From positions 4,898,001 through 4,962,000 of the forward strand of contig OX597826.1 in the NCBI GenBank assembly GCA_951406725.2: DNA of 64,000 nucleotides, given 5' to 3'. The notes under the pieces were generated by a model. It made no database searches and was not told the origin of the DNA. It saw only the letters and a program-made list of their open reading frames with translations. Shown one piece after another: positions 1-15,143 of this stretch (position 1 is its first letter; the number at the start of each line of letters is the position of its first letter). Origin of the DNA: Octopus vulgaris. Lineage: Eukaryota. A program made the position numbers and the translations under genes.

Positions 1-151
1 TAGACAAGACCATCCATCTAGGTCTAATCAAAAGCCCCACAGATCAAGGATCAATCTTACCAGCAAGGGTAATGCCTTCGCCCCACTATTTTTTGTATCC
101 ATTCTACAAGACCAACAGCAGTTGCAACAACAAAAACAATAATACTACTGA

Positions 152-362
152 TTTCAAATTTCGGCACAAGGCCAGCAGTTTCGAGGAAGGGAGTAAATCG
201 ATTATATTGATCCCAGCGTTCAACCGGTACTTATTTTATCTACCTCGAAATGATGAGACGTAAAGTCGACCTCAGTGGAATTTAAACTCAGTACGTGAAG
301 ACGGACCTAATGCCACTAAGCATTTTGTCCGGCTTGGTAACAATCCTGCTAATTATTCGCCT
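152..362 (-). mobile_element. SINE group A copy (alternative tail)
   Basis: Reverse complement of the group A head and core (AAAGTCGACCTCAGTGGAATTTAAACTCAG) with the GCTGGCCTTGTGCCGAAATTTGAAA tail. Confidence 0.8.
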
Positions 363-764
363 CGAGAACAACAATATTAATAAATAGTACATATAAACGA
401 TGACACTAACGCTGGATAGTGAAGATAATTTTCTATTCAAAAGTGAGTGCGTATATGTCTGTAAATAATGATTCTATAGATTTGTGTCAGGTGCATCTGT
501 GTGTAGGAGTGATATAATCAATAAAAAAAATATTCAAACTCGGTTGGAAACATAAAAATGCATTAAAGTAAAGTAACCGCAGGATTTTAACTCAAACATT
601 GAAATTTTGTTTCGTTTCCAATCCGTCACACTATTGATATGATTTAGAATTTTCATTTTTGATTTTGGTTGCAAATATCACCTTATTTTTTATGGGATGT
701 CGTCAAATCGTATTATATCATATCAGCTTCATTAAAAAAAAAAATGTTATTATTATTATTATTA

Positions 765-820
<56 letters not shown>

Positions 821-1059
821 GGTGTTTTTGTTTTATAATTTTTAAGGAAATACAGCTCACTGAACTTCAATTTTCGCTCGTTCGTCTTCTTCGAATTCTA
901 CAAATTTGCATCATACCAAGCAACAATTTTAACAAAATTTAAAAGGAAGAACAAAAAAAAATAATAGTAATTTTACTATTTATATTTTGAAATGGAAATC
1001 CATTATTGGAAAAATTCGCATTTATTGCTACCATTTCTTTTATTACCGTCATCATCCAC

Positions 1060-1108
<49 letters not shown>

Positions 1109-1114
1109 TGATGG

Positions 1115-1166
<52 letters not shown>

Positions 1167-1203
1167 AATAATGATAATAATGATAATGATGATGATGATG
1201 ATT
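1060..1203. repeat. Compound (TAA)n/(TGA)n microsatellite
   Basis: Directly visible. It produces the poly-N, poly-D and poly-H ORFs. Confidence 0.95.
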
Positions 1204-1357
1204 ATGTTGATGATATATTACTGTTATAGTCGCCACAAATGATATTAATAATGATAATAATAACCAGCACCAGAGTTTATATTATCATAACATAGTAATA
1301 ACTGTGCCTACTTTGGAATACGAAGTAATTGTAACAAAGGTGACAGGTTTACTTTTG

Positions 1358-1432
1358 TTGATTTGCTCGACTAAAGGCGGTGCTCCAGCATGGCCGCAAT
1401 CAAATAACTGAAACAAGAAAAAGAATAAAAGA
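1358..1432 (+). mobile_element. SINE group D tail fragment
   Basis: GATTTGCTCGACTAAAGGCGGTGCTCCAGCATGGCCGCAATCAAATAACTGAAACAAG. Confidence 0.8.
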
Positions 1433-2072
1433 ATATAAACATGTGTGTGTTTGTGCGTATATATGTGTGTGTGTTTGTGTACATGTGTGCACGTACACAA
1501 TGCTACTTTCTTGAGTTCCCACCCGATCGGGACATTGCGGTATGCGGTATGTTTGATTAGTTCTCACTTCTTCATATCTCACCAGAGATGAATTGAAAAG
1601 GGGGTGGAGAAACAGGTTAAAATGCGCATTAAGATCACCATGACTGCTTAAGATCTCTTGAAAGCGGTTCTTCAATATGACAATATTCTAATAACTGAAG
1701 CCCGTTTAATAATTAAATTAAAAGGAAAGTTGTAAGATGCATAGGGAATCATATGTGATGTTCAAAAATGGAGAGGCAAATCACGCGCCTGGATTTCAGG
1801 GAAATACAATTTCTTTCGGTTCAGCTGCCAATGTTTTGTATAAGGACTTAAACATATAAAAAAAGCTAATATATTTTCCTCTGGAATATACAGACGTTTG
1901 ATTACGTAAGAGTACATAGCCATCGTAAACCAGTGAGTAAGGGTCGATATGTTGGTTTGAGATGCTAGAAATCGTTTCGAAATATTCCTCAAATCGCCTC
2001 TTTCATTCTTAAAGCAAAAAAAAAAAAAAAAGGAAAAGAAAGACATTGGTTAGATTATTTCCCTGATATTGT

Positions 2073-2372
2073 TGAACCGCAATGGCCAAGTGTTTCGGGC
2101 AGCGGACACATGGTCGGAGGCTCGCGGTTTCGATTCCCCGACCGGGCAATGTGTGTGTTTATTGAGTGAAAACACCTAAAAGATCCACGAGGCTCCGGCA
2201 GGGGAGGTGACCCCTGTTGTACTCTTTCGCCATAACTTTCTCTCACTCTCTTTTCCTGTTTGTTGAATAACGCAGCGATGGACTGGTGTCCCGTCCAGCT
2301 GGGAGGAATATATACGCCACAGAAAACGGGAAACCGGGCCCATGAGCCTGGCTAGGCTTGAAAAGGGCGATG
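2073..2372 (+). mobile_element. tRNA-derived SINE, group C (tail X)
   Basis: B-box GGTTTCGATTCC, core AAACACCTAAAAGATCCACGAGGCTCCGGCAGGGG and tail GATGGACTGGTGTCCCGTCCAGCTGGG. Homologous to 63773-64000. Confidence 0.85.
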
Positions 2373-2946
2373 TTTATCGTATATAAGATGAGATAGTCGT
2401 CACGGGTTTGTACAAGTGAAGGTGAACAGGGCTTAACCAACAGTAAAGATCTCAGTAATATAAATAGAAACATGAACGCCATCATCATCGTGAACCATAT
2501 CATCATCATCATCGTCATCATCATCATCATCATATTGGTCGACATTATCATATTCAATGTGAGCTACGTTCACATTGTTGCTAGTTTTCACCTTATCATC
2601 TAAATGTCTCTTATTGATCTTCTCCGATAGCTTACATTTTCATTGTTCTCTAATTCTTTTAACTTTTCTCTACAACTATATATGTTTGCGAGTCACGTGG
2701 ACTTTACACGCACAGGTACACACGCACGCACACACACACACATACACGCACATTTCTACTCAGATGCATACACTTATGAACCTTCATAAATAGGTTTCGT
2801 CGCTGTCTTCGAATTCGTTGCATAGTGCAGGTTGTTTAAGGCATAACACAAAATATTTTCCCTATGTTATTGATTTTGTTTATGTCTTCGATGTTGTTCC
2901 ATAGTTTAGTTGAGCGCAACACACGAACGCATCTCGTGACAAACAA

Positions 2947-3009
<63 letters not shown>

Positions 3010-4011
3010 CTCATTTTTCTGTTATTTTTCCGATATGTTCCTCTCTGAAATTCATTTCTTTAAAATTATATTTCTATCCATGTCAGTTTGAATTCAATAA
3101 TAAGACATCCCAAATGGAACCCACCTCACATTGTACAACCCTCCAACAACCGAAAATCTAAATAAACATTTTCCTTTCCTATACACTATCTACCTTCCTT
3201 TACTTTATCTTACACACTTTCACAAAATTTCAACTTTAATTAATCTTCCGATGCTTACATCCTCCATCACTTACTTTCCCCCTTCATCGACTTCATTTAC
3301 TTCATATTTCAAAAGTTTATGCGAGGACACATGCAGCGAATATAATTTACCAAAATATCTTTTTTTTTTTTTCCCATTCATTTAATCATTTTCAAATCAT
3401 TCCAAGTCTTTCAATTTTACGAATGACATCAAACATGATACTTGTTTTGATTTGATTCCGTTCGTAAAAGCGACGTCATTGACCTTGACATATAATTCTT
3501 CCATTCAAAGCCAATGTTATCACTAATATATTTATGTTATCTTCTTCTCTATCATAACACTTCAAATTAAGCTCTATTGAACTGGAATTTCAATGTATGT
3601 ACCAAGCAACTGCAAATGACAATAAACGAAATCTTTGTACGAAGATGTTATAACCAACAATCTGATATCTTCCTTATACTTAATTTTCTTTTACTGATCT
3701 TCTTTAACTACTTTACTGGTTCCAGCTAGAGACGATATTAACTAGATTTTGAAATTGAATGACGGAACATAGAAATTGATACTGGCAAAATTGCATATTA
3801 ACAGCTTATCTATTTCTGTGTAATTTGTTTGGTAATAAAAAGTTCAGTTATATAGTCGTAGTGAGACTTCTCCCACTGCTTTAAAACATCTAAGACAATT
3901 TACAAATCAGAATTTTCTCTTTGTGTGTATGTGTGTGTATGTGTAGGTAGATATGCACACAAACGTGGGAGTTTCTCTCACACACAAAATTTTAAATGTG
4001 TGTTTGTGTAT

Positions 4012-4315
<304 letters not shown>

Positions 4316-4514
4316 CACACACTCATACATACTCATACAAAACATAAATATCTACATAAAAATATTCATAGATACAGATATATACACACATACATAAGAA
4401 TTTATGTTTATGTGCTTTTGTGAGTGTGTGGGTGTATATGCACTATTAATGAATAACATTTTTTACCAATCTTCACGAAAGAATACCTAAAACTCTGTGT
4501 GTATGTGAGTTTAC

Positions 4515-4546
<32 letters not shown>

Positions 4547-5784
4547 ATGCTATGCTATACTGGCTATTTTTATATTTCTGAGCAACAGTTAAAATATATT
4601 CCTGCCGAGCCTGAGGTTGTTGAGCCTTGTCTTGGGGAAGTTAATTCTTAATTATATGGTCTGCTACTCACAACAAATCATTAGGCCTAAATAGCCCAGC
4701 AAAGCTGCGAGCGTGTAAGCATTTTCCTCTATTTCCTCGCGTGTTACACAAGTCGAAATCTTTATGTAAACATGAACTGAAGTGAATGGGTACACATTTT
4801 TTTATACATAAACGCTTCACTGCATTCATTTATTCTCTTTGTTATAGTGTTGCATGTATGCACAAAACCATTCATTGTATGCACACAGGATGCATCAGCC
4901 TGTGTAAAGATCAATAATTGGTACTTAACTATATTCATGTGTTGTCTCTAGGCTGAAAACTATGATGCATGTGAATACACGTGTTGTTGATTTCAATGCT
5001 GGGATCAGGATGGTTTTGTGTTCGATATTGATTCAGTTATTGTACGTTTTGTTTTTTAAACTATAATAGATTTGTATGAGTCACACTTCATTATTTCTAG
5101 ATATTGTAGAGCATTTGCGTTGACGCAATCGGTAGAGAGATAAATTTCAATGCGTTACCCTATACAAAATTCTGCGCATCGCTGTTTGTTCACTTATATG
5201 AATTCATATTCTGCCAGTTCCGATTGTAAATTTCATTCCTCCGAAGTCAGTAAAACCTGAACCACCTTTATCGTGTTGAGTTTAGTCCAATAATTCTGTT
5301 AAAATAGTATTCGAATTGCACGTTACTTTAAAGTCGGAATTACCAAATTCTTATCTCATACATTTCTAAAAGTGTTGATTATATGAATATTATTAACAGA
5401 ACATGAATATGCGAATATCTCATAATTATTCCGCCTCTAAGTAATATATCGTAATTCGCAATAAAATTATCAGCAAACGACTTCATAAACCCACGTGCAT
5501 ACTTATACACATGCATACTTATACACATGCATATGTATGTGTGTTTGTGTACATGTATGTAGATATATACATACACATATATAATATATGCATACATATC
5601 CACAGCCATATATGTATGCATATATATATATACATGCATACATACATACAACATGCGTATATTATACGCTTTTCTATGTATATATGTATATCTATCTAAA
5701 TATGATATATGATATATATATATATAATAGAGAGAAGAGAGAGAGAGAGCGATAGCTAGAGAGCTAGATAGATTGCTAGATCGG

Positions 5785-5935
5785 AGACCCCCTTCGGTCA
5801 CGAATGACCATGGGATTGCACCTAGAAAGTTACCCTCCGAGGCACAAGTCCGGGCAAGGTTGCTTATGGAAGACCAGTAATCACCCACGCATACCAGCCT
5901 TCCCTCTCCACGCCACCGATGTAATCCAAGGGAAA
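5785..5935 (-). mobile_element. Isolated SINE tail Z fragment, followed by a group A core remnant to about 6005
   Basis: CCCCTTCGGTCACGAATGA...ATGGAAGACCAG...ATCCAAGGGAAAG is the reverse complement of 22940-23095. Confidence 0.75.
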
Positions 5936-6589
5936 GTTTTCTTTTCTTATCGACCTTGGCAGGATAAAAGCCGAAGCTGACGACCGTGGCAAGATTTGAA
6001 CTCACTTCGAAAAGATCCAGAATATGGAAAGCATTTATTGATTTCCTTTTTCAATGATATATTTACTAAACTTTGTTTAAGGTGTTCTTTGTTACTATCC
6101 ACAACTGAGTTACTATTTGCTGACTCAATTAGCCAAATACTACTCAAATAACGGCGGTCTTCTGTTTTCAGAAAATTAACGACAAAAATGAAGGGCGCAT
6201 CCGGTTAGATAGTTTTGGGTATTAAAATATATGCGAGTTGTCCGTGGATGAAATATCTACGATTGTAAATTTGATTTAGGGCTAATCAACAACTACGTCA
6301 ACATCAACGAGAATGTTACTAAAAATAGCAACATAGCAGCCAGCCACTCGTTGCTCGGTCATTGAATTAAGTGGCCCTATGGTCATCTCATTCAGTGACT
6401 GTAATGCAAAGGCTGGGATGGTCACAGCTTTCGCGCCTTTGATCGTATGTCTAATCAATAAGCACTGATTTAGGACTTAACAACAACGACGCACGCGGCG
6501 GTGGCGGCGGTAGCGAAAACAATAACAAATGTGACTCACTATTCCAGTTGAAGACACTTTACCTCTACCTCCCTCATCACACAGCAGCG

Positions 6590-6608
6590 AATAATAATAA
6601 TGATGATG

Positions 6609-6660
<52 letters not shown>

Positions 6661-6728
6661 TATTAATAATATTAATATTAATAATAATAATGATAATAAT
6701 AATAACAATAATAATAATAATAATATTA

Positions 6729-6759
<31 letters not shown>

Positions 6760-6769
6760 CAATAACAAC

Positions 6770-6804
<35 letters not shown>

Positions 6805-6891
6805 ATGCATACATACATATATACATACATACATACATATATACATGCATACATACATACATACATACATATATACATGCATACATACATA
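6590..6891. repeat. Compound (TAA)n + (TACA)n microsatellite
   Basis: Directly visible. Confidence 0.95.
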
Positions 6892-7342
6892 CTTGCATGC
6901 ATCTGTGTTACATACGCTACACGCACCAACCTTAACCAAAGTACTTTTAATAAGTTTTTTTATTTTCGCGTTTGCTTCAAATATTTCCCAAGAGTATTAA
7001 AGCGAGATGTACTGATTCGCTCTACATTTATACACAAAGGAAGGAAGCTATTTTGTTTTCTTTTTTCCTCCTCCTGTTTTTGTTTGTTTGTATTTTTTTA
7101 AAAATTTGCTTATTGTAGTTGGTAATGTCTTTCAGTGGATTCATGCATTCAATAACTTTGTCATACATCTAGTAGCTTACTAACAAAAACTTGTAATCTA
7201 TTGTAAAACCTGCGCACCGATTTCAAACCTTATCGAGGTCAAATTTGAAACCTTTTAACGTAGTCGATACCTGCCAATTAACATAAGTATTTTCTTTCTT
7301 TTGTTTGTTTCTTTGTTTCTTTCTTTTTTTATTTATTTATTT

Positions 7343-7741
7343 ACTTATTGCCCACAAGGGGCTAAACTTAGAGGGGACAAAAAAGGAAAGACAAACGGAT
7401 TAAGTCGATTACATTGACCCCAGTGTGTAACTGGTACTTAATTTATCGACCCCGACAGGATGAAAGGCAAAGTCAACCTCGGCGGAATTAGAACTCAGAA
7501 CGTAATACCTATTTCTCTACTGCCCACATGGGGCTAAACACAGAGAGGAAAAACAAGGACAGACAAACGGATTAAGTTGATTATATCGACCCCAATGCGT
7601 AACTGGTACTTATTTAATCGACCCCGAAATGATAAAAGGCAAAGTCGACCTCGGCAGAATTTGAACTCAGAACGTAATGGTAGACGAAATACGGCTACAC
7701 ATTTCGCCCAACGTGCTAACGTTTCTGCCAGTTCGCCGCCT
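7343..7741 (-). mobile_element. Two tandem SINE group A copies (7343-7505 truncated, 7510-7741 near full length)
   Basis: Both are reverse complements of the 24141-24370 element, including the GACAAACGGATTAAGT tail. Confidence 0.88.
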
Positions 7742-8184
7742 TCTTTCTTTCTTTTTGCTTCTATGGGTTTCCCCATCCCGCCTTCTCAAAGATGGCCGTA
7801 ACCGGAAAATATATAGTCTTCGAAAAGCGCGTATCAAAACCCGTGATGTCTCCTCAAAATTTTATTCCACTATCATAGTACTCGTCAAAGAAATCACGAA
7901 GGCGCTGCGGAAATGTCCTTCTTGAACCACATGGTGTAAGAACGGAGGGAAAGAAAACTTAACCTACAATCATCCCTAAAACCACCAAAAATGCAGTGCT
8001 CCAGCATGGCCTTAATAACGACTCTTAAAACAGAACAACTAAACAGCTCACCTATCTGTTATTAAGGTAGACACACAACGCAACATCTTTGCTTGATAAT
8101 CTTAACAGTTTTTCATAATCAACATTTTTTGCTTCTTTAATCTCTCTTATCTAAAACACCATTTCTTTCCTCTTTTTTTTACAG

Positions 8185-8252
8185 AACACGTAATTGTTAT
8201 CAGTGTATCGTATTTACCAACCGGACCAGTAATCTTATTGAATACAAAAGTG
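8185..8252 (+). CDS. Internal coding exon A (68 nt) of a Cys-rich, probably extracellular or membrane protein (DUF7042/DUF7044-like family)
   Basis: Strong acceptor tttctttcctcttttttttacAG and donor G|GTAAGT. One open frame (1 nt + 22 codons + 1 nt) reads TRNCYQCIVFTNRTSNLIEYKS. This resembles the 'CYxClvxxxxxxNvLqYKe' motif of uncharacterised invertebrate proteins (recalled, not searched). It splices in frame to exon B. Confidence 0.8.
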
Positions 8253-8720
8253 GTAAGTGTTACGCTATTTTTCTTCAGATTACTCCAGTGTCATTCTTGT
8301 GTGTTCATATCAAATCTTATATTCTATCAATGATTTATTCTTCCTCTTTTTGCTTTCCTTATATGCCCCTTTTTTCCTCCTTCCTTAACACACATATCTA
8401 TAAATGTCACATTTTTTTTTTCAGTACTACTAATTTTCCTTTGAGACAAGTAACGGACACTCAGTGTTTCTCACTAATACTTATAACTGTGTGAATGCGT
8501 CTGTGATCATATATATGTATCACTACTGATGCCAACTGACACACATATGTAAAATTATACACATAAATACATACTATGTTTGTATGTATATATAAAGTGC
8601 TTGATGTTTACTCCGTACATCTTGTGAAAGTGTCAGTGCATATATTGAACGACTGACACACAGACTCGCACACATTCATACACATGCAAAACCGATTGTA
8701 TATATATATATATATATATG

Positions 8721-9120
8721 TCTTTTACTTGTTTCAGTCATTTGACTGCGGCCATGCTGGAGCACCGCCTTTAGTAGAGCAAATCGACCCCCAGGACTTA
8801 TTGTTTGTAAGCCTAGTACTTATTCTATCGGTCTCTTTTGCCGAATCGCTAAGTTACGGGGACGCAAACACAACAGCATCAGTTGTCAAGCGATGTTGGG
8901 GGGGGGGACAAACACAGACACACAAACATATATAGACATATATATATACATATATACGACGGACTTCTTTCAGTTTCCGTCTACCAAATCCACTCACAAG
9001 GCTCTGGTCGGCCCAAGGCTATAGTAGAAGACACTTGCCCAAGGTGCCATGCACTGGGACTGAACTCGGAACCATGTGGTTGGTAAGCAAGCTACTTTCC
9101 ACACAGGCGCTCCTGCGCCT
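8721..9120 (-). mobile_element. Full-length CORE-like SINE, group D
   Basis: The minus strand starts AGGCGCAGGAGCG...GAGTTCAGTCCC and has a CORE-like ACCTTGGGCAAGTGTCTT, an internal microsatellite and the tail GGCGGTGCTCCAGCATGGCCGCAGTCAAATGACTGAAACAAGTAAAAG. Confidence 0.88.
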
Positions 9121-9883
9121 ATATATATATATTGCAGTAATGTATATTAACGCATGTATCAAATATTATACATACATGCAGGCATACATTCATACATGGA
9201 CACCATAATCAGTTTACTTGCTTTCGTGTTATAATATCTGAGTTTAGTAAGTGTTACGACCGAAATACCTCAGAACTTGGTGATGGAAGATATAAACACT
9301 ATACAAGAAAAGGAAGCATCATTGTACACTATCAACTATACAGAGTGTATATGTGACTGTATAGTACGGACACATATACATATTTACATACTTATATATA
9401 GATGGACGGATGGGTGAATAAGTAACAGCTAGGTTTCCTTTCAAACATGTTATATATTGAAGTTGTTAAATGTTAAGCAAACTTATGTCGGACGATGACG
9501 ATTTTATCAGCTCTGTAATCATTGCAATGATCTCTCGCTGCCTGTAGCATAACGTGCCTTTATCATCATTTCTTTCACGAAATGGTTTCGAGATTTTCTT
9601 GTGAAGGAAACAGAGACAAAGTTATTGTACCAAGCTAAAGAACAAAAACAAAAAACAAAAAATCATAGCCGATCTTCTAATCGAATCAAGAAGAGTGATT
9701 TCGTATTCTGACCGCGGTTACGAACATTAATACGAATATTTTGATAATGAGAATTTGTGATCTGGTTAATTACGTAGGAACATGCTCTGGTTTTCATTAG
9801 ATTTTTTTTCGAGACCAGGATATATATATATATATATGAAAATAATAATAATAATAATAATAATAATTATAATAATAATAACA

Positions 9884-9943
<60 letters not shown>

Positions 9944-10108
9944 TGAGGGAATATTATTCCAAATTTACGGGGAAAAATTCAATTTAGAAATACTAAATTA
10001 AATTTCACAAAGTATAATATATATAAATTCGAAAAAATATATATGTAATTTTCTAGATGGTATAATTTAATTTTTCATTATTGAATTGATAAAAGGTGAT
10101 TTTTTTTC

Positions 10109-10351
<243 letters not shown>

Positions 10352-10982
10352 CTGTTCCTGAATCGCACTAAACATGTGAGAGTGGGTTAAGAACTGTACT
10401 GTATACAATTTGTCTCGCCTCAACTCAATTTGACTAAATATCAAAGATGAACATAGCAGATCCCATATCTGAAATATAATATAGGCTAAATTTCTTCAGC
10501 TCACATTCGTAGAGTACAGAAAGATCTGAGTCAGTGACCGCCGCCGAAGCTGCGGTCTTATATCAATTATCTATTTATATTCATTCATATTGTAGAAAGT
10601 AATATCACCACAATCATGGGCATCAATTATACATACATATACATAATACATACATACATACATACATACATACATACATGCAAGCACACACGTACACGCA
10701 CATATATAAACACATTCACGCGTATGTACACGAGCATCTTTATACACATGTAATGTATGGAATGTTCTTAACACATGATGCCATACAACACATTCTTTTC
10801 ATAACCTGCTAAATATTCATATCCATAGTTATTCTCCATAAAACAAAACGACACATTATGTACCGCTCCCTTCGAAATTACTTTAGACCTTAATTTTCTT
10901 TTACATTGTTTTTTTTTTCTTTTCTTTTCTCTTCATTGGTATTAATCTATTTTGTGGGATGCTATCATAAATCACTCAGCAC

Positions 10983-11018
<36 letters not shown>

Positions 11019-11021
<3 letters not shown>

Positions 11022-11243
11022 CTTTTACTCATTTACTCTTTTACTTGTTTCACTCCATTGACTGTGGCCATGCTGGAGCACCGCCTTTTAGTTGAGCAAA
11101 TCGACCCCAGGACTTATTGTTTGTAAGCCTAGTACTTACTCTATCGGGGACGTAAATACACCAGCGTCGGTTGTCAAGCGATGTTGGGGGGGGGACAAAC
11201 ACAGACACAGAAACATATACACACACACACACAGACACACACT

Positions 11244-11283
<40 letters not shown>

Positions 11284-11470
11284 CATATATACGACGGGCT
11301 TCTTTCAGTTTCCATCTACCAAATCCACTCACAAGGCTTTGGTCGGCCCGAGGCTATAGCAGAAGACACTTGCCCAAGGTGCCACGCAGTGGGACCGAAC
11401 CTAGAACCATGTGCTCGACTAAAGGCAGTGCTCCAGCATGGCCACCGTCAAATGACTGAATCAAGTAAAG
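11019..11470 (-). mobile_element. 5'-truncated SINE group D copy with an inverted second tail (11412-11470)
   Basis: 11040-11413 is collinear with 8721-9078. 11412-11468 is the reverse complement of 11041-11098. Confidence 0.85.
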
Positions 11471-12736
11471 AGAGAGGAAAAAGAGAGTCACTAATGCCCA
11501 TACATTCAATAAAACCTTAAAAGAGAAGGTTTTACTGTTTTGGGCGGACGTCAAAAGAAAAAGTCGATGACATTTTACCATCTACGCATTAAAAACACTA
11601 ATATACTCTAATGAACATAGAATTACTAAAAATTATATAAAACACGTATAAAGAAAACACGAGAAAAATTCCGGACAACTTACCTGCACATGGGTGGAAA
11701 CTCACCTGTTGAACACAATTATTACAAGTCACTAGCTTACTAAAATTCCTTGAATCTACCGTATCCGACGTTGACAGTGAGTGTCTTTGACATCAGACTA
11801 AAGGAGAAGTCTCTACAATCTGTATGAAGTTACACAGCAGTGATTCATAAATGGTGGAATAGATTTTTACTAGAATTTCATCGTTTCGATGTTACTCATG
11901 ATTAAAGCCCATCTTGTCCTCAGTCAGCATATTGCAGTTATTTGCTGCTTTTCGGTGCTTGTTTAGGTCTTCAAACAAATCTTTGTTGTAAAGAACTCCA
12001 GGAAGGAGACGTGCTTTCCAAACTTTAAAAAGAGAAGGACGTATTGAGTAATGAAGTCCTACGTACACTGTATCTGAAGTAGGTGGAGAATCATACTTAG
12101 AATTGCTTCGTTTACAGGGTTATGTGTTAAGGATTATCCCGGGACTAATCAATGAGAACAGCAAGAAATTTAACGATAGAGAACAAGTGATACCAAATTA
12201 GGTTCCCACAATTTTGAATAGACAGTAACGATCACAGTACTTGAATGACACCAAAAGAATAAAAGGCAAAGTTGTCCTCGCCGGCATTTGAACACAGAGC
12301 CTTAAAAGACAGAACAGTTACCGCAATACATTTGCTCAGATATTCTTACGATTTTGCCACTGATTCGAACTTCCGGTAGGGAATAATGTTTTCTGACATA
12401 AGCACAAATGCGTCTATTTATGCAGAAAGTGTTAATGGATTAAAGCATCAGAGACGTAGTAGTCCATTAGGGCTTATCTATTCTCCACCTAGGAAGGATG
12501 AAAAGCTTAATCAACTTAGGTAAAAACTGAACCTAGAACGTAAATGTGTGTAAACAAATATATATAATGGGTTTCACCATTATAAACTCTACTAATCTGT
12601 CATCCACCATATTATATTAAGCAATGAATGTAAAACTGTTATTGCAATTAATACTAATAGTTCTATTATTATCATTATATAAACAAAACTTAAACTCAGT
12701 ATTTAATTTTCCATGTTGTGTAAGCATCGGTATGTT

Positions 12737-12786
<50 letters not shown>

Positions 12787-13010
12787 TGAGCTGAAGAATC
12801 CCATAAAATATTGTGCTTTATTAATACCAGCTGTCTGTTGAGTTTGCCAGTAGTTCTAATATCAAACGGGCAATGGAGCTACCTCACGAATAACAAACAT
12901 ACAAAGTAAAAAATATATTTTCTCCCGCGTATGTATGCATAACTTTTTTAACCTCACAATTTTGCCCGAAATATAAACTTCTCAGAGTAACAACAGTTTT
13001 ATATATAAAT

Positions 13011-13080
<70 letters not shown>

Positions 13081-13384
13081 CTACATGCACACATCTGTGT
13101 ATACCCACACACGTGAAGTAGTGATATCGTTGTATGATGCATATAAAATATTAAATAAATAAACGTTAAGATGTCAGCTTTGAGATGAATAATGAGTTTT
13201 CCTGATACACCACCCAGCCATCTTACAACGATGGAAGAATATTTCAACTGTCATGTTTTTTCGAGATTTTTTTTTAGTTGACGACATAAACATTCTTTGT
13301 TATTTTACTGAATAACGTTGAATAGGAGAAATTATGTATGTTATTTATCATATCATGGCACAACACACAGAAATCCGTACATAC

Positions 13385-13435
<51 letters not shown>

Positions 13436-13510
13436 CGTTTTTCTGTGTGTTTCTCTCTCCATCTATCTCTCCCTCTCTTTCTCTGTATATACATATATAT
13501 ATATATATAT

Positions 13511-13565
<55 letters not shown>

Positions 13566-14069
13566 CATATTATTCGCTGGCTTGACTTATAAGTCCTCAG
13601 CTATAACGATCCAAGCAATTGCCTGACACTCAATATTATTGACCCCTTGAAAGTCGAAAGACAAGTTAATATCGGCGCGACTTGACCCCATAACTGCAGG
13701 CATACTAACTAACTACATCATGTGATTTCATTCGATTCCCATACAATCCTACCAATCCAGTGTCTTCGTTCAATTATAATATTCCATTTCAATTTACCAT
13801 TTCAAAATGTTAATTTAATGCCATTCTCTGATTGCCTGGTTCCAAAGAGAGATAGAGTTCTACTGTTATTTGAATTTAATGGAAAACATATTCGTGCATT
13901 ATAGTATTAAATAACCTTTGCAATGCACTCTACATTGTGCATTCTCAGCAAATTCCTCACATCCGGTTTGATTATAATGCAGCGATATTTTGCGCAATTA
14001 CTTGGTGTTTTGTTGTTAGTGTTTCCGTTCGTCCTATTGTTCTGATTGTTGTTGTTTTATCGTTATGTT

Positions 14070-14390
14070 AGGCGCGTGGCTTAGTGGTTAGGGCATTCGG
14101 CTCACGATCGTAAGGTCATGAGTTCAATTCCCGGTGATGCATTGTGTCCTTGAGCAAGAACACTTTGTTTCACGTTGCTCCAGTCCACTCAGCTGGCAAA
14201 AATGAGTTTTACCTGTATTTCAAAGGGTCGGCCTTGTCACACTCTGTGTCACGCTGAGTCTCCCTGAGAACTACGTTGGGGGTACACCTGTCTGTGGATT
14301 GCTCAGTCACTTGCACGTTAATTTCACGAGCAAGCTGTTCAGTTGATCGTATCAGCTGGGACCCTCGTCGTCGTAACCGACGGAGTGCTC
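14070..14390 (+). mobile_element. tRNA-derived CORE-like SINE, group B (tail Y)
   Basis: A-box TGGCTTAGTGG, B-box GAGTTCAATTCC and CORE-like TGTGTCCTTGAGCAAGAACACTT...GCTCCAGTCCACTCAGCTG. Confidence 0.85.
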
Positions 14391-14754
14391 ATTTTAGTAC
14401 CTAACAGACGCAATGATTGAAGGCATTCTTGCCTCAAGGCAATTTGTCCGTCTTCTAGGTTACTATTAAGAGGATCTCCCATCGGGTCGGCAAAATAGAT
14501 TATCGTTCGCCGGAATTTAGTAACAACTACATGACCTTTTGAATATTAAAATTTCTGCTCGCACATATTAGAATTATATATTTATGTTAGAATACAGATG
14601 TTATATTGAGGTTACTATTTTGAAACTAGTTAAGGCAGGTGAGTTTGTACAATCGTTAGAGCGTCAGACCAAATGTCTTAGGTTAATTGTTCTGGTGATT
14701 TACGTTCATAATTTAAGTCCCAACAAGGTTATCTTGAATTATCATCACTTGTGA

Positions 14755-14852
14755 AAACCAAAGTCAAGCTCGGTGGAATTTGAACTCAGAAATTAGCAGC
14801 AGCCGAAATACCGCTTAGCATTTCGCCCGGCGTCCTAACGATTCTGCCAGCA
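14755..14852 (-). mobile_element. SINE group A head fragment
   Basis: GGTGGAATTTGAACTCAGAA...GCATTTCGCCCGGCGTCCTAACGATTCTGCCAGC. Confidence 0.75.
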
Positions 14853-14862
14853 TCGATGCATC

Positions 14863-14915
<53 letters not shown>

Positions 14916-14961
14916 CATATATACACACACACATATATATATATAAATATATATATATATA

Positions 14962-15038
<77 letters not shown>

Positions 15039-15091
15039 TCATATATATATATATTCATACATATATATACATACATATATACATACATACA

Positions 15092-15143
<52 letters not shown>

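Noticed and set aside
399-449. Candidate upstream exon ending at AAAA|GTGAGT
   Set aside because: The frame needed to join exon A (phase 2) contains stops and there is no acceptor. The preceding exon is probably outside the window.
14070-14135. tRNA-like sequences with A and B boxes (also at 22760, 30172 and 9050-9120)
   Set aside because: They are SINE heads that continue into SINE cores and do not form complete cloverleafs.
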